DNA of 64,000 nt. It comes from Klebsormidium nitens. Taxonomy: Eukaryota > Plantae > Klebsormidiophyceae. The translations under genes and the position numbers were made by a program. Under the pieces are notes generated by a model. The model worked only from the letters and a program-made list of their open reading frames with translations, had not been told where the DNA came from and made no database searches. Shown here piece after piece: positions 15,418 through 27,600 of this stretch (position 1 is its first letter; every line of letters begins with the position of its first letter). Location: assembly GCA_000708835.1 (NCBI GenBank), contig DF236959.1, positions 357,728-421,727 of the forward strand, in the 5' to 3' direction.

Positions 15418-18400
15418 ATGACTTCGTGTCCCTTACGTCCCGAGCGCATCGAGAACCTGTCGCCGGACGAGCTGTCTGAGTGCAAGCGGGAAGCCAAGAT
15501 GGGTTTGCAGCTGCATGCACACTATCTGTCGGGTGAGCCGCAGGTTCCCGCTGCATGCGAGTGTTGAATTCAAAGATGTGACCATAACTTGTTTGTCCGC
15601 CTCCAACCCCGTGAATTCTGATGCGATTTGGTTTCTGCCTGCTTGCTGTCTTTGATGTGTGCAAGTCGAAGGCACGTACTTCTTTTCTTCCAGCTTGTTT
15701 GCTCTTCTCTTAAGAAGTGACGCGTTAAGTGCACCAGCCGCAAGATGAAATTGAGAACACACAGAGAAAAGTTGGGTAGACCCCTCCTCTCATCGCCTGC
15801 GTTAAAGTGCGCTCTCGAACCCGGAACGCGCTAGAGTAGAAATTCATAAAAGGGTCCCTCGCGTCAGAGAACGTATAATTGAACGGCAGTCATGCTTTTT
15901 GCAGCGTCCTCCCAGGCTTTGTTTTCCCAGGGATCAGAAACGAAGCTGATTAGGCAGTATTCGAAACAATTTTCCAAATTAATACCAAAAGAAGCTTCAT
16001 TCCTGGAACTGCGCGTGTTCATTCGCAGTGTCCTTCCCGACATTAGACTTTCACCGCTGCGGAATGAAGGCGAACCAGAAAGCATTGAACGCTTCCTCCA
16101 TATAGAAGCAAAAGCCCCTTGACGTCGGCACTTCTCAATCCGCAGCATCCTCCCGGACCGTGCTCACATTCCTGGCGGCCAACCCCGAGATCAAAGTGGA
16201 CGTCGTCGAGAAGGACTTCACCAAAGGCGAGCTGCGGTGAGCGCGTATATACGCACGGCGCACTTGAGTGTCAAACCCCATGTCAACATAATCTTCGTGC
16301 TGAATCTGTAGCTTACTTGAATTGGATTTCAAACCTGCAAACTTTTACTGGCTCGGCTTCTGATGTTGTGATTGAGCAGTTGGCTGTAGCTTCACTTCGA
16401 GCTGTGCTACTGTAGTTCAAACAGTCTGACAGACCGCCACATTTTCCATCGCCCATAGCCGCCCGAGGTCGCTTCTTGCTCTGTGTTTTTGATCTCAAGC
16501 CACGTGTTCTGCAGGGACAGAATATAAGAGCGCCACGTAGCAATGCATTCAGTGCTGCGTGCCAGGGTTTCGAGGACGCACGACCATTTTGCGGCACAGA
16601 AAACGTAAGGTCGAACGATCCCATATGGTAATCGTGTGATAAAGGCGCAGAAAAATATTGATTTCCCTCTTCTTGCAGCACCAAAGAATACCGTGAGATC
16701 AACCCGATGGGCCGCCTGCCGTTCCTGATCGACGGTCCGGAGCACTTCCGGCTGTGGGGGGCGCTCCCGATCTGCCTCTACCTCGAGGAGAAGTTCGGCC
16801 CGGCGGAGCTCTCAGGTGGGCGTTAGGGTTTCAAATATGAAGGCCTATGCTCTAGAAGTTGAGTTTAGGTTGTTTTATCAGCTGTCAGGGCTGAGAATTT
16901 GTGAGGTCGTTGTGTCAAAGTTTCTCGTCCCAAACAGATAGCATTATAGAGGTTCCGCCTCCGGTCGGGAAGCGGTGGATCTGAGCGGACATTGGCCGGA
17001 ATGTCCCCTGTCAAGGCTGGCTCGCAAGCTAAGCACTTGCCTTTGTATTCGAAGCGGTCTCTGAAAAAAGCAGCTTGTAACGAATGCTAAAGGTCTGCAT
17101 TCAAAATTGTGGTCCGTAAGCCAAGGGGGTCTCGTTTTAACGTGGCTTTCACTTCAACTTCCCTATATTTCTTCATGTCTGCGCTTGATACAGCGGGGCA
17201 ATTGTTTGTTCTACAATAACCACGAGCCCGAATGAGATTTGGACCACCTTGGGAGAAGTATCTCAATGTCTCGCTCCCTCTAGAAAGCCGGTGATTCCGG
17301 TGCCGTTCCGTTGCAGCGCCGCTCATTCCGGTCGCGCTCAAGCCCAAGGCGAAGGTCCACGAGTGGAGTAACTGGTTCTACCACACAATCGGTCCGAAGG
17401 TGAGCGTCAGCCGCTGACGTCAGGCGTACCCTCCCAAAGAAGCGTCAGCCGCTGACGTCAGCCGTTCTCTCCTCGCCCGGAATCCGTCGCACCGTCCAGC
17501 CGCACTCGTCTCGCACGCATGGCAGACGTCAGCGGCTTTGTAATCTATTCTTGCATGTCGTCATCGGTCGATGTTTTCGTCTCTAGTGTTATCTTTGAGC
17601 GTCGAAAGCAGGATACCATTTCGCTCAGCCATTGAGAGAATGTAGAGATGTGGTGTCTCCTGTCGGACTGGTAATCTCTGCTCCGGCGCTCTTCGGGCGC
17701 CGCAAATGAATGTCTTCCCCTACGGACGCAGGTTGGGGCGTACGTGGACCGCGTCTTCATCAAACCCACGGTCAATGGCGAGCCTAAGGTCAGGGCCCAT
17801 ACGGAAACATCTCATGTATGCAGATTAGAGGGAGGTTCGACCGTTGTCAGGTTTTAGACTTAACCGAGTCGTCGGAGATGTTTCAAGCCATGCTTCTAAC
17901 CCTTACTTCTTGCAGTTTTCTGAGAACGAACTCGCGCAAGAATCACGGATTCTGCGTTCCTGCTTGTGCTGCGGTACTGACGCCGATCTTTTCAAGCGGA
18001 ACTGACATTTCTCTAGTCAGAAATGGAAATGTTCCGCGCCCCAACGGATCCAAAAAGACATGTCCTCAAGTTTAATCACGGGATCCCGAACCCCAACCTT
18101 CGCAACCAGGTTTTAGATTCTAAAAGCAAAGTGGTCTATCGCGCAGAATGAAGACGAAGAGCTGGGGGAGCAAAACCGGGGCGTCGACGATGCAATGTCC
18201 GAGCTAGAGGCGAGCTTCCCTTTGGGCTCCATATTTAGATGAAGGGAAATCATACTCGGATCAGAACCCCATTACTTGGGACCAGGTACTTACCTTCTTT
18301 AGCGATCGCACTTCGAAATCAAATAATGTCTCCGCGCAGCCTGAAGACAAGGAGCTGGAGGAGCTGGCCCGGGGTGTAAACGAAGCAATCGCCGAGCTGG

Positions 18401-20166
18401 AGGCGTGCTTCCCGGACGGCCAGAAGTGGCTGGTGCCCGCCGTCCCGGGCGTGGACCAGGAGGTTGGCTCCCTCGCGGACGTCCGCTGCGCCCAGAAGCT
18501 GGTCATGCTGCGTCCGACGCCGTACGACATCGAGGGCGCGGAGTTCCAGGTGTGCACTGTTCCGCCTCGAGTGTCCGTCTCCGTGCGTTTTCACGAAGGA
18601 TTCCGTCGGCTTCTTTCACTGCGCGGACGTCCGTTCCGCACAGGAGCTGGTCATATCGCTGCGCCCGACGCCGTACGACATCGAGGGCGCGGAGTTCCAG
18701 GTGTGCACTGTTCCGCCTCGAGTGTCCGTTTCCGTTCTGTTTCACGAAAGATTCCGTCGGGTTCTTTCACCGCGCGGACGTCCGTTCCGCACAGAACCAT
18801 GTCGCTTCGTCCGACGCCGTACGACATCAAGGGGGCGGAATTCCAGGTGTGCACAATTCGTCGAGCGTCCGTTTCCATTGCTTTCAGTGAAGGATTCCGT
18901 TCACTGCGGACGTCCGCTGCGCGCAGAAGCTGGTCATATCGCTGCGTTCGTCGCCGTACGTCATCGAGGGGGCGACATTTCTGGTGTGCATCACGATTTT
19001 CCTGCTTGATTCTTCAAACTCGAGTGGGAGTTTCCGTTCCGTCTGTGTAACAGGGAATCCGTCCGGCATCCCGTCTGTTCCCAAAAGCTGCGCCGACCTC
19101 TCCGGTCTGCTTCCGCCTACCAGGTCGAATGTCCGTTTGCGTTTTTCATTGAACGGGTTCCGTCGGCTTTTTGTATTGCGCGGAAGCCGAGCCTCAAAGC
19201 GTACGAATTTCCGGCACATCGCGACTTTAAGGAGACCCGGGAAACCAGGTCAAAGCATCGCTGCTCCCGTAGTGGTGACAGCGACTCCCTCCCCCTTTCT
19301 AGTTCCTCTTCTCCTCGGCAGTGGATGCGTGAGTTCCTCCGTTCAAGTTGCGCCTTATTGTTCGGCACCAGAACGTTGGGAACCTTCAATGGAGGTTTCG
19401 AAGTGACGCTGAAAGGTATTCGTAAGGAGGCCAGTGACTGATCTCCAACTGGTGCTTTGAAACACCAAGGGGTGATGCGCACTTCTGAGGCCTGTCCTGT
19501 CAACCGCTCCGTCTTCGACCAGATTCAACCGAAGGTCTCCCTCAGTCCGCTGATCTCAGATCGCACGCCAAGTTCTTGGATGCGATTGCAATTGACGCGG
19601 TGTCGGGATGTAGGGGGGCGAAAACTGAAGCGAATCTTCTTGTGTTGTCTTTCTGCGTCTCGCTAATCTGATATCAGATTGTCTCTGAATCGTTTGATCG
19701 CTTGTCCCGTCTTCTGATGATGTACCACTGCCGTTCCGCCTTCCATCTTACACACGTGACTTTCTTACACTGCTGGAGCTCCCAAATCAAATCCATCTGA
19801 AACCTTCTCGCATCGCAAAGAACTGTTTCTGGTTTGTTACCCTGATTCTTTCCGCACCCGTAATCAAACCAGTTGTCCGCTTCGCTGGCAGTAGAGTGTC
19901 AAAGTATGTTCCACCATCCAAGTCACTCCATCAGCATTGAGCAAATCGAGTTGATTGAAGGTACAAACAGTCTCACTTTTCGCATTTTTACCATCCCTCT
20001 CCCATTCCGTTCCCGTTCCGTTTCGCAGGAGAAGTACCCCAAGGTGTTCCGCTGGCTGGAGCGCATCCAGGCGGACCCGGCCTTCCAGCGCGCCAACGAG
20101 AAGTGGACCGCGTTCCTGGAGCCGCTCGGCTTCCTCGACCCCGCGCGCAAGAAAGCGGGGGCGTGA
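15418..20166 (+). CDS. Glutathione S-transferase, theta-like, 7 exons, 276 aa (249 aa from the second ATG at 15499)
   Basis: Exons 15418-15532, 16146-16236, 16679-16815, 17317-17399, 17732-17788, 18340-18549 and 20029-20166 sum to 831 nt. Motifs: HYLSASSRTVLTFL (catalytic Ser region), EYREINPMGRLPFLIDG (cis-Pro loop), SLADV N-cap and KYPKVFRWLERI. Confidence 0.85.
17403..17537. repeat. Two direct 21-bp copies (agcgtcagccgctgacgtcag) plus a partial inverted copy, with TGACGTCA cores, in GST intron 4
   Basis: Copies at 17403-17423 and 17441-17461. An inverted partial copy, cagacgtcagcggct, lies at 17523-17537. Confidence 0.85.
18139..18225 (+). repeat. Intronic echo of the acceptor plus first ~75 nt of GST exon 6
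   Basis: tcgcgcag|AATGAAGACGAAGAGCTG... translates NEDEELGEQNRGVDDAMSELEASFP versus exon PEDKELEELARGVNEAIAELEACFP. Offset 193 bp. Confidence 0.9.
18476..18990 (+). repeat. 4-copy tandem array of the GST exon 6 3' end plus donor plus intron start
   Basis: The unit gcggacgtccg...ccgacgccgtacgacatcgagggcgcggagttccag|gtgtgca recurs with donors after 18549, 18700, 18846 and (degenerate) 18983. Periods 151, 146 and 137 bp. Confidence 0.95.
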
Positions 20167-21557
20167 AGACCGGACATCGGAATCACCACGGAAATTAGGC
20201 CCAGAAATGTACATATGCAATAGTTGGCTCACAAGTGCAGTACACTTAAAGTCTAGCCGTTAGAATGTGGCGGACCATACCACGTCGAGTTAAGGCTGAG
20301 AGAGCCAAAAAAGATGCGAAAACGAATGGGTAAGAGCTTCATACCCAGACTAAACATGTAGCCGGGCTGCACCTCACGAAATAACAGGGGTGATTGAAAA
20401 GATTGGGCCTCAAGAAGCACTAAACGGGTGGACTTGGAAGTCAAGGGTCCAGATAAAGAAGACGACACTAAAATGAGTAGTGTTTAAGGTCCTACTGTAC
20501 CTCATGTGCAAACGACGAGTTTGCGTGCCGATGCCCTCAGGTTTCGACATCTTTTCGAGACGGCGTGACGTGGTCAATGGCGATAGGGCTCTGTAGATTG
20601 TCGAGAGTTCAATATGTTTTCAGTACACCGAGTGACTCAAACAGGGCGTCCGTTGTTTCGCGTGGCGTGGTGTCGGAAAATGTATGGCTCTTGCATCGGA
20701 CATGCACACATGAGGGCGTACGTCACCAACATGATTGAGCAGTAATCAACATGAACACGATTGCTAACCACCTCAATTTTACTACAAGCCTCTGCGCGCA
20801 CCTCGCACTCTCCTGGAATTCGGGAAGTCCATCTAATTAGTCGCGCTTGATCAGCTGACAGTACGGTATGCACTGCCAGCTTTGAATCGTCAAAATCACG
20901 TGGTGAAGTGCTCTCGAGCAACCAGCGGTAAGTAAGCGGCTCAGCTCCGTGACTGGCGCCCATTCAGGGTGAATCTAAGCACGTTCGTTCTTCTCAAAAA
21001 ACCCTGTATCCGCACTCGGTGGATCCAGACGGCAAGCCGTCCCGTGGATGATGTTCTTGAAAACAGCGCATGGGAGACCGGTCCGGTCCAATGGCAGGGT
21101 TCTGCTGGTTCCGACCTTCTGTTGCTCCCCCTTTGAATTCTGAATTTTGTAATGACGCTAGCACCTTAGCCAGAAGCCTTCTAGCGAAGCGAAAAGTTGT
21201 TAAAGTCAGCATCTTTTGGACCAACGCGGGCGTCGGCTGGCCGCCCGCGTGCACGGTCCGAGACTCGCGGGCTCCCGGAAAGGGTTTGGAGGGTTTTGGG
21301 TACTGAAACTCGGGGTTTTGAGATCCTGCGCCTCGGCCGCCGAGACCAAGGCGGCCGCGCGCCAGGTACGCAACTGCGACGTTCGAAGTTTGCACCGTGC
21401 ACCGTCAGCGCTAGCTGCTAGCAGCGCTGACTAGCAGCGCTGAACAAAGCCATAGCTACTGTAGTGGCGTTGTTCACGCACTCGAAAAATGTACTAGGAG
21501 CCAAAATGTCTCCGCTCAAACCGAGGATGCAGCAGCAGTAGGACTTAGAAGCGCGAA

Positions 21558-23036
21558 ATGGCGGATCCGTGTCATGTGGACCGACTCCCAGACGACTTGC
21601 TCCGCGACATCCTGCATAGAGCAGCTGTGCGTCTTGACTGGAGGGATGCTGGAGTATGGGCTCTGGAGGAGAAGGGATGCCGCACAGACTCCAGAACCGA
21701 ATGGGCGCAGGTCAGGGAGCTGTGCCGCTTACAAGGCGTCTCCACGCGTTTCTACCTCATTGCTTCCACCGTCCGGAACCTGCACTGTAGGATCAGTCCT
21801 CGAGTTCCCAAAAAGGAGATTGTGGGGCTGGCCAACTTTCTGAGCAAGACAAGATGCGCAAAGGGGCTTTCCCTCACTTTTGGACCTAAAACTGATCCAG
21901 AAGATGACGAGGATGAGGACGGTGACAGGCACCCTGAAACGCCTCTTGTCCTGTTCATAAGTCCGGCAGAGTCCAAGTTGTTTAAGGAGATCCTCAATCA
22001 AGCTCCCAGACTTGAACAATTTGCGGCAGTGAAAGGGCATTTCACTGAATATGATGGGGGGCTTGACGGGAATGCCGCTGCTAACCTCAGGACGAGAGCA
22101 TCCAACCTGCTGCTTGAGGCGCTCTCAAAGAGCTGTCCGCGCCTGAGCGCTCTTGCGCTAGGCAACCATATCAGCTCCCCCCTGCGCTTTCCTTTGCTGG
22201 CACCAAGCCTGAATCTGTTTGACAAAGCTTTTCCGCAACTGAAGAGGCTGTGCATCAATGGGGACGTGCAAGCTGACTCAAATGGTCAAGGAGTGACCTC
22301 TCTGCTGAAGCTGTGCCCGCACCTGCTGCAACTCGAGCTTTGTTACGCTACACCGTATTCCGAGTACCTGCTCGTGGATTCTGACAGTCTTGAGGTCTTG
22401 GAAGTCCAGATGCCTTACAGTGAGATTAAGCTAGACATCCGCACGCCGAAGCTTCGCAAACTTAGTACTGGGTTTGGCTTCCAGGGGGCGGTGGTGATAA
22501 CAGCACCAGAACTGAGTACGCTGGAGGTGGATTGCACAGCCATGGTGACTTTCTTAGCTTCATTGAGGCAGCTAGAGCGCCTGGTTCTAAGGTGTTTTCC
22601 AGGAGAAGACCACCTGTGGGACTTTGACAACCCACTCCATAGAGCCCTTTGGACCTGCTCGAACCTGAAGTCTCTCCTCATTGAATCCAAACAGAGTGGA
22701 TGGATCAGAAACTTGTCTGTCCTGACAAAGGGGGTCGACAGTTTAACAAGGCTGGACGTACCTGATAAGTCATGGTGCGCAGTACGCAAGTCGAAACCTG
22801 ACAACCTGTGCGACTCGCTGAGGAAGCTCACCGTCTCCTTCGACCCTGAGATAGGGGAGTCGGTGGATGAGAGCACGCTCCTTGAGGCTGTTCGAGGCCT
22901 AGAGCGCTTTCAAAAGCTGGAACTTGTCCGGCTCAAGGACACGGGAGACCTCACGCCATTTGCTGCCCAAGCTCTGCTTTCGCTCCAATGGAGGCGTCCC
23001 GGACTTCAGATTTTGGTTAACAAACTTAACAAGTGA
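21558..23036 (+). CDS. Intronless F-box-like / leucine-rich-repeat protein, 492 aa
   Basis: Long ATG-initiated ORF. The N-terminal DRLPDDLLRDIL resembles an F-box start, followed by LRR-like units (CPRLSALAL, FPQLKRLCI, CPHLLQLEL, TPKLRKL, APELSTLEV, CSNLKSLLI). Confidence 0.8.
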   Translation: MADPCHVDRLPDDLLRDILHRAAVRLDWRDAGVWALEEKGCRTDSRTEWAQVRELCRLQGVSTRFYLIASTVRNLHCRISPRVPKKEIVGLANFLSKTRCAKGLSLTFGPKTDPEDDEDEDGDRHPETPLVLFISPAESKLFKEILNQAPRLEQFAAVKGHFTEYDGGLDGNAAANLRTRASNLLLEALSKSCPRLSALALGNHISSPLRFPLLAPSLNLFDKAFPQLKRLCINGDVQADSNGQGVTSLLKLCPHLLQLELCYATPYSEYLLVDSDSLEVLEVQMPYSEIKLDIRTPKLRKLSTGFGFQGAVVITAPELSTLEVDCTAMVTFLASLRQLERLVLRCFPGEDHLWDFDNPLHRALWTCSNLKSLLIESKQSGWIRNLSVLTKGVDSLTRLDVPDKSWCAVRKSKPDNLCDSLRKLTVSFDPEIGESVDESTLLEAVRGLERFQKLELVRLKDTGDLTPFAAQALLSLQWRRPGLQILVNKLNK

Positions 23037-24687
23037 TAAGAAAGGCGTTCCATCGTGAGCTCTATGATTACGAACACAAGGCCAGCGATTGTAAGCGACA
23101 GGGTATGATTCCGGGGATCTGAATATTAGAAGATGTACTCAAAGTTACTCTTGATAGGACGCCTGAACTTTGCTTTGTTGAGAACCCTTCTTCACAGGAT
23201 CTTAATTTCTACCTGTTTCAATCACTAGAAGCTTCTTGATCTCGGATGTGTATTTGCATGCAGCGTCAGGCATATGCCACATTAAGTCGCTTGGATCCTC
23301 ACACGCAAAATGAGAGAGCGCCAGGCCGTTTAGGGTCATGGGACGAGCTGATACGCTTTGAACATGCTTCAGTATGAAGATGTCGTCTGACGTTGACCTG
23401 CCCCCTTGTTGCCTGATTCTGTTTCACTTGATGACGTATGGAAGATGATGCAGCATAATATGCATCATTGATATAGACGCTATGCAGTAACTCTCGGTTG
23501 TGTTACGCCTTACCGGAATATATCTCTTTGAAAAATATGCATGCATGCATTCCAAAAGTGGAAGTCGAACTTTCCAACTTTCAGATGAGAAGAATCGGGT
23601 TACAAGAAATTGCACCATGTCCATGTGGGGGATCTCAGTGGCCGGAGCAACATCAGATCGAAAGGGCCATGTGCAATCTTTCAGTGACATGTCAAGAGAT
23701 GGACACTCGTTGATGCATATGAGAACGTTGAGTTACGTATATTCAACAGATCGCTTGAGCTTCTAACTCTAAAGCCAGTTGCTCTATTGTTGCTTCCGGC
23801 TTTGCCATTACGAAGTCCGTATTGTAGCAATCGTCCGAACCGGGGTCCTTTCTGTATGGACAGGCGTACGAAAGTTGCAAAGAAGAGGATCATCTTGAAT
23901 GATCATGACACGCAGGGCGGCTGTCATGAACGTCAGCATGATGCCAAAACTCAGTGTAAGACATCATGCCAAGCCTCCTGTTGCCCTACTAGCATATCAT
24001 CATCTAACTTGATATAGTGTCCGACTAAACGTCCCTATTACGCCCGAATCTCTCCTTGATCTGGCGTGTGAACGTTCTGTACACTGAGGGGTGGACAACC
24101 CCGACATAAACCTAATCCGACTTTTCCCGGTGTGCAATCCGACCCAAATTTCAACTCAAACATCAGCAATGCTAACAGTCGACCAACAAATGTCGGCAAG
24201 CTGCTGTTGAAGCCCGACGCGAGTTCCAAGACGCGGCAGGCTGCATATCAAATCTGAACGCTCGCATCTGAATCGTCCTTCTATTCTTTTGTGGCTCGGA
24301 TCAGTACTGATTGCAGCCTCATCTTTCAGCTTGCAGTGCTTAAGCAGCTCCCGTGCTCCAAACCACAAACCAAGACCGTCATTGCGAAAGAGTGCCTCTA
24401 CGGGCCTACTCCTGCATAGTCAGTCAGCCTGCTACTCTTATTACTTCGACAATTATGCTAGCGGCCGAAGCCGCTGTCCGTTAACTAGATGTTGCCCCGC
24501 AAGCGACGCCCATTTCAAAGACGGCGCGAGAGCACCCATTTCTCCCGACACCGTCAAGCCGCCGTTACTCCGTTCTCACGGTCCCTCAGAACAGCAGTGA
24601 TCCTGAATGCCAGCGACATCAGGTACAGTTTAAGCACAGAAGTGTCCTTGTAGTGTTGTAGAGGAGTCACGTGTGGGGACGCCCCGT

Positions 24688-27600
24688 CTATGTAAACTCG
24701 AATCGCCTCCAGTCTTGTATCAACGGCTGCAACTGGTCCGCCTTTTCGTACATGCCCAAGAGGCCGCCCGTGTGGATGAAGAGCACTTTCCGCCCCGCCC
24801 ACTTTTCCGGTTCCGCTCGGACGTCCTTCAAGAATCCGAGGAGCGCCTTGCCACTGTGGACAAAAAGGTATAGAAAGCATGATGTCAGCGGGCCGGACGG
24901 TACCAGTAAGAGCTTGCGAGGGCATATGGCGTAACTAGGTTCTGGTGTTCGTTGCCTTTTTACGTTGAGAGTTGAACGAAAAGCTGAAGAGGACCTTTTT
25001 GAGGAGAATTAACGAGAGCAGGAGCGACGCTCTGGTGGCACAAGAGAAAGGCGTCCTAAACAAAGCAACACAGAAGGAACTCCCATGCTTTCCTCCAAGG
25101 GTACTCTCGACAAGAAAGTGCTTCACAGTTCTCGAGATCATTCCTCGAACAGAATGTTGATACTCGACAACAGCTGAGGACAAGTTCGTGCTCGCGTTCT
25201 CCATGCTGAGAACTCGAGTGAAATCTGGATTCGTCAGGTAGGCGCGTAGAGGTCTTTCGCAAAATCACGTTAACCCTTGGACGATTCTACAGCCCCCTTG
25301 GGCTAAAAGCAAGAACAACATTTGAAATTGTCTTCTTTTCGTCGACCTTCACTCGTACTCTCTTTCTCCCTACATGCCAGCCTTCGCTGTTTCAGTGCAG
25401 ACGAGCATTTCAGGGCAACCAACAACGGTACCAATAACCAGCAACTAGAGAGTGGTCAACCTCACCTATATACGGGGTCTAGAATGACCCCCGTCTGCTG
25501 CGCAATCTCTTTGGCGAACTGCAGCTCCTCCCGCGTGCTGATAGCGTACCCCTGCCCCTTCGAATTTATCATCCGGACGATGTCGCGCGAGCGCACCTCA
25601 GCGTTCAAACCGTCCAAAAGGCCCTGTCAAGGCAGAGAGGGAGCTTGGAAGCGTGCTTCGAAAGGACGGGCTGACAAGCAACGAGGCCTCGGTCGTCGAT
25701 AGAATCTGGAACAGTCCACAGAAGCATGTTCGAGGGACTATTAAATGACCCAAGCTGCGCAATGAATCAACCAAGCCATTTTCCAGAGCAAAGGGAGTCC
25801 ATCTCCCTAAAACAGGAATCGTTCCCATAAAAGTGCTTTCCTCAAACGGTGTGCTCTCTGGCCTTGATGTGAAGAACGGCGATGAACGGGCACTAAATTG
25901 CGGCTGTCAGGAGACGGCTAAAGCAATGACGCCGGTCGAATGCATCTGAAAGTCAAAGAAATGTGAACGAAAAAGCACGCTTTCGTTAGCCTCCTTTTCC
26001 TGACGAAGTGTTCTTCTAGGGGTTGCACGCTATAGCCCTTTCCGCGCCCCATCTCGGACGGAATCAATCATGAGCGAGAAAAAGCCGCACATTACGGAAC
26101 TCTTCACCCTAGGACCCTAGGACCCTAAACCCTAAAACCCTAAAACCTGCATCATTCGAGCTGCAAGAATTCGTAGATTACAATAGAATCGGTACACAGT
26201 TCAGCAGACCGGAACCTGAGAAAAGTCGTAGAAGTGACCGCTTCTTACTGGTGGTCGTACGCATCCTTTGAGAGCAATCCTCGAAAAACAGACAGCGCTA
26301 CATCGACCCGAACCAATGGACGAAACAAACGCGCAAATCAGCAGCAAAAGAAAAGCCGAAACATCGACCCACCTGTATGTACTCGTAAAAGTATTCCTCA
26401 TCGTCGCACACCCCGTAACCGTGCACCTTCGCCTTCATCCCGCTTAGCTGCGCCGCGAGCGCGACGCCCGCCGTCGTGCCCCCGCTCCCGCACGCCATGA
26501 TGACGTCATCGAAGCCGTCGGCGCGGCACGCCTGCCCCGCCTCTAGTTGCAGCGCGATCTCGCGCACGGCCTCGACGTACCCCCACGTCCCGAGGGAGTT
26601 GGAGCCGCCGACGGGGATCAGGTACGGTTTTCGCCCTTGGGCCTGCACGAGAAGTAAGAACGTATGCCGTTTGAGGGAGGGGGATGAGGATGAGATTGAC
26701 GAAAACGCGTTTGGCTGCGACGTACCCCCACGTCCCGAGGGATTTGGAGCCGCCGACGGGGATTAGGTACGTACGGTTTTCGCCCTTGGGCCTGCACGAG
26801 AACGTCAGAATGTATGCCGTTCGGATGTTTGGGGGGGGGGAAGGAGGGGGCGGAAGGACGGAGGAGACTGCGATGGATGCCAAAAGTGGCTGCGACGAAG
26901 AGCCACGTCCCGAGGATATTGGAGCCGTCGACGGGAATCTGGTACGGTTTCCGCCCTTGGGCCTGCACGAGAAAGTCAGAATGTATGCCGTTTGAGGGGG
27001 CGAAGGAGGACAGAGGAAACTGGGATGAAACTGACGAGAATGCAAACGGGTTTGACGTACCCCCACGTTCCAGGGAGTTGGAGCCGCCAACGGGAATCAG
27101 GTACGGTTTCCGCCCTTGGGCCTGCAGGAAAGCTCAGTACTATGCCATTCAGGGGGGAACGAAACCAAAGTAAGTTCGGGGAAGGGGGGATGACAAAGCG
27201 CATGTGGCCTCCTTGTGACCTTGCACACAATTTCGAAATCTTGCCAGGTAAGGAATCCAATTGTGCTTCTACTGCGGACAGAATAAACGCCGTGCCTTCG
27301 ATTCTTTGCGGAGGGGGTCAAGTTGCGCACAAAATCGACGTGCCCCCACGTTCAAGCTTTTAAAAAGGCGCCAGTTCGAACCCACATCTCAGCCTAGGAC
27401 GACAATTGACCGTCTTGGGAGAGGGGCTAGAAACAAGCGGTACTACTTTCCAGGGCTTCATGAGGATGTGCAATTCTCTTTGAATTTCAGTTCGTTCATC
27501 TCCAGGTAGTTCATGGAGGATTGGCGAGTTTCGGCAATGTGGAGCGCCAGAGGAGAGTTCCTCAATCTGCCTTCATAGTGCTTGGACTTGAGTCTACGTT

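Noticed and set aside
18476-18990. CRISPR-like appearance of regularly spaced repeats (also 26576-27155)
   Set aside because: Eukaryotic locus. Whole units are homologous (no unique spacers) and derive from the adjacent exon, and there are no cas genes.
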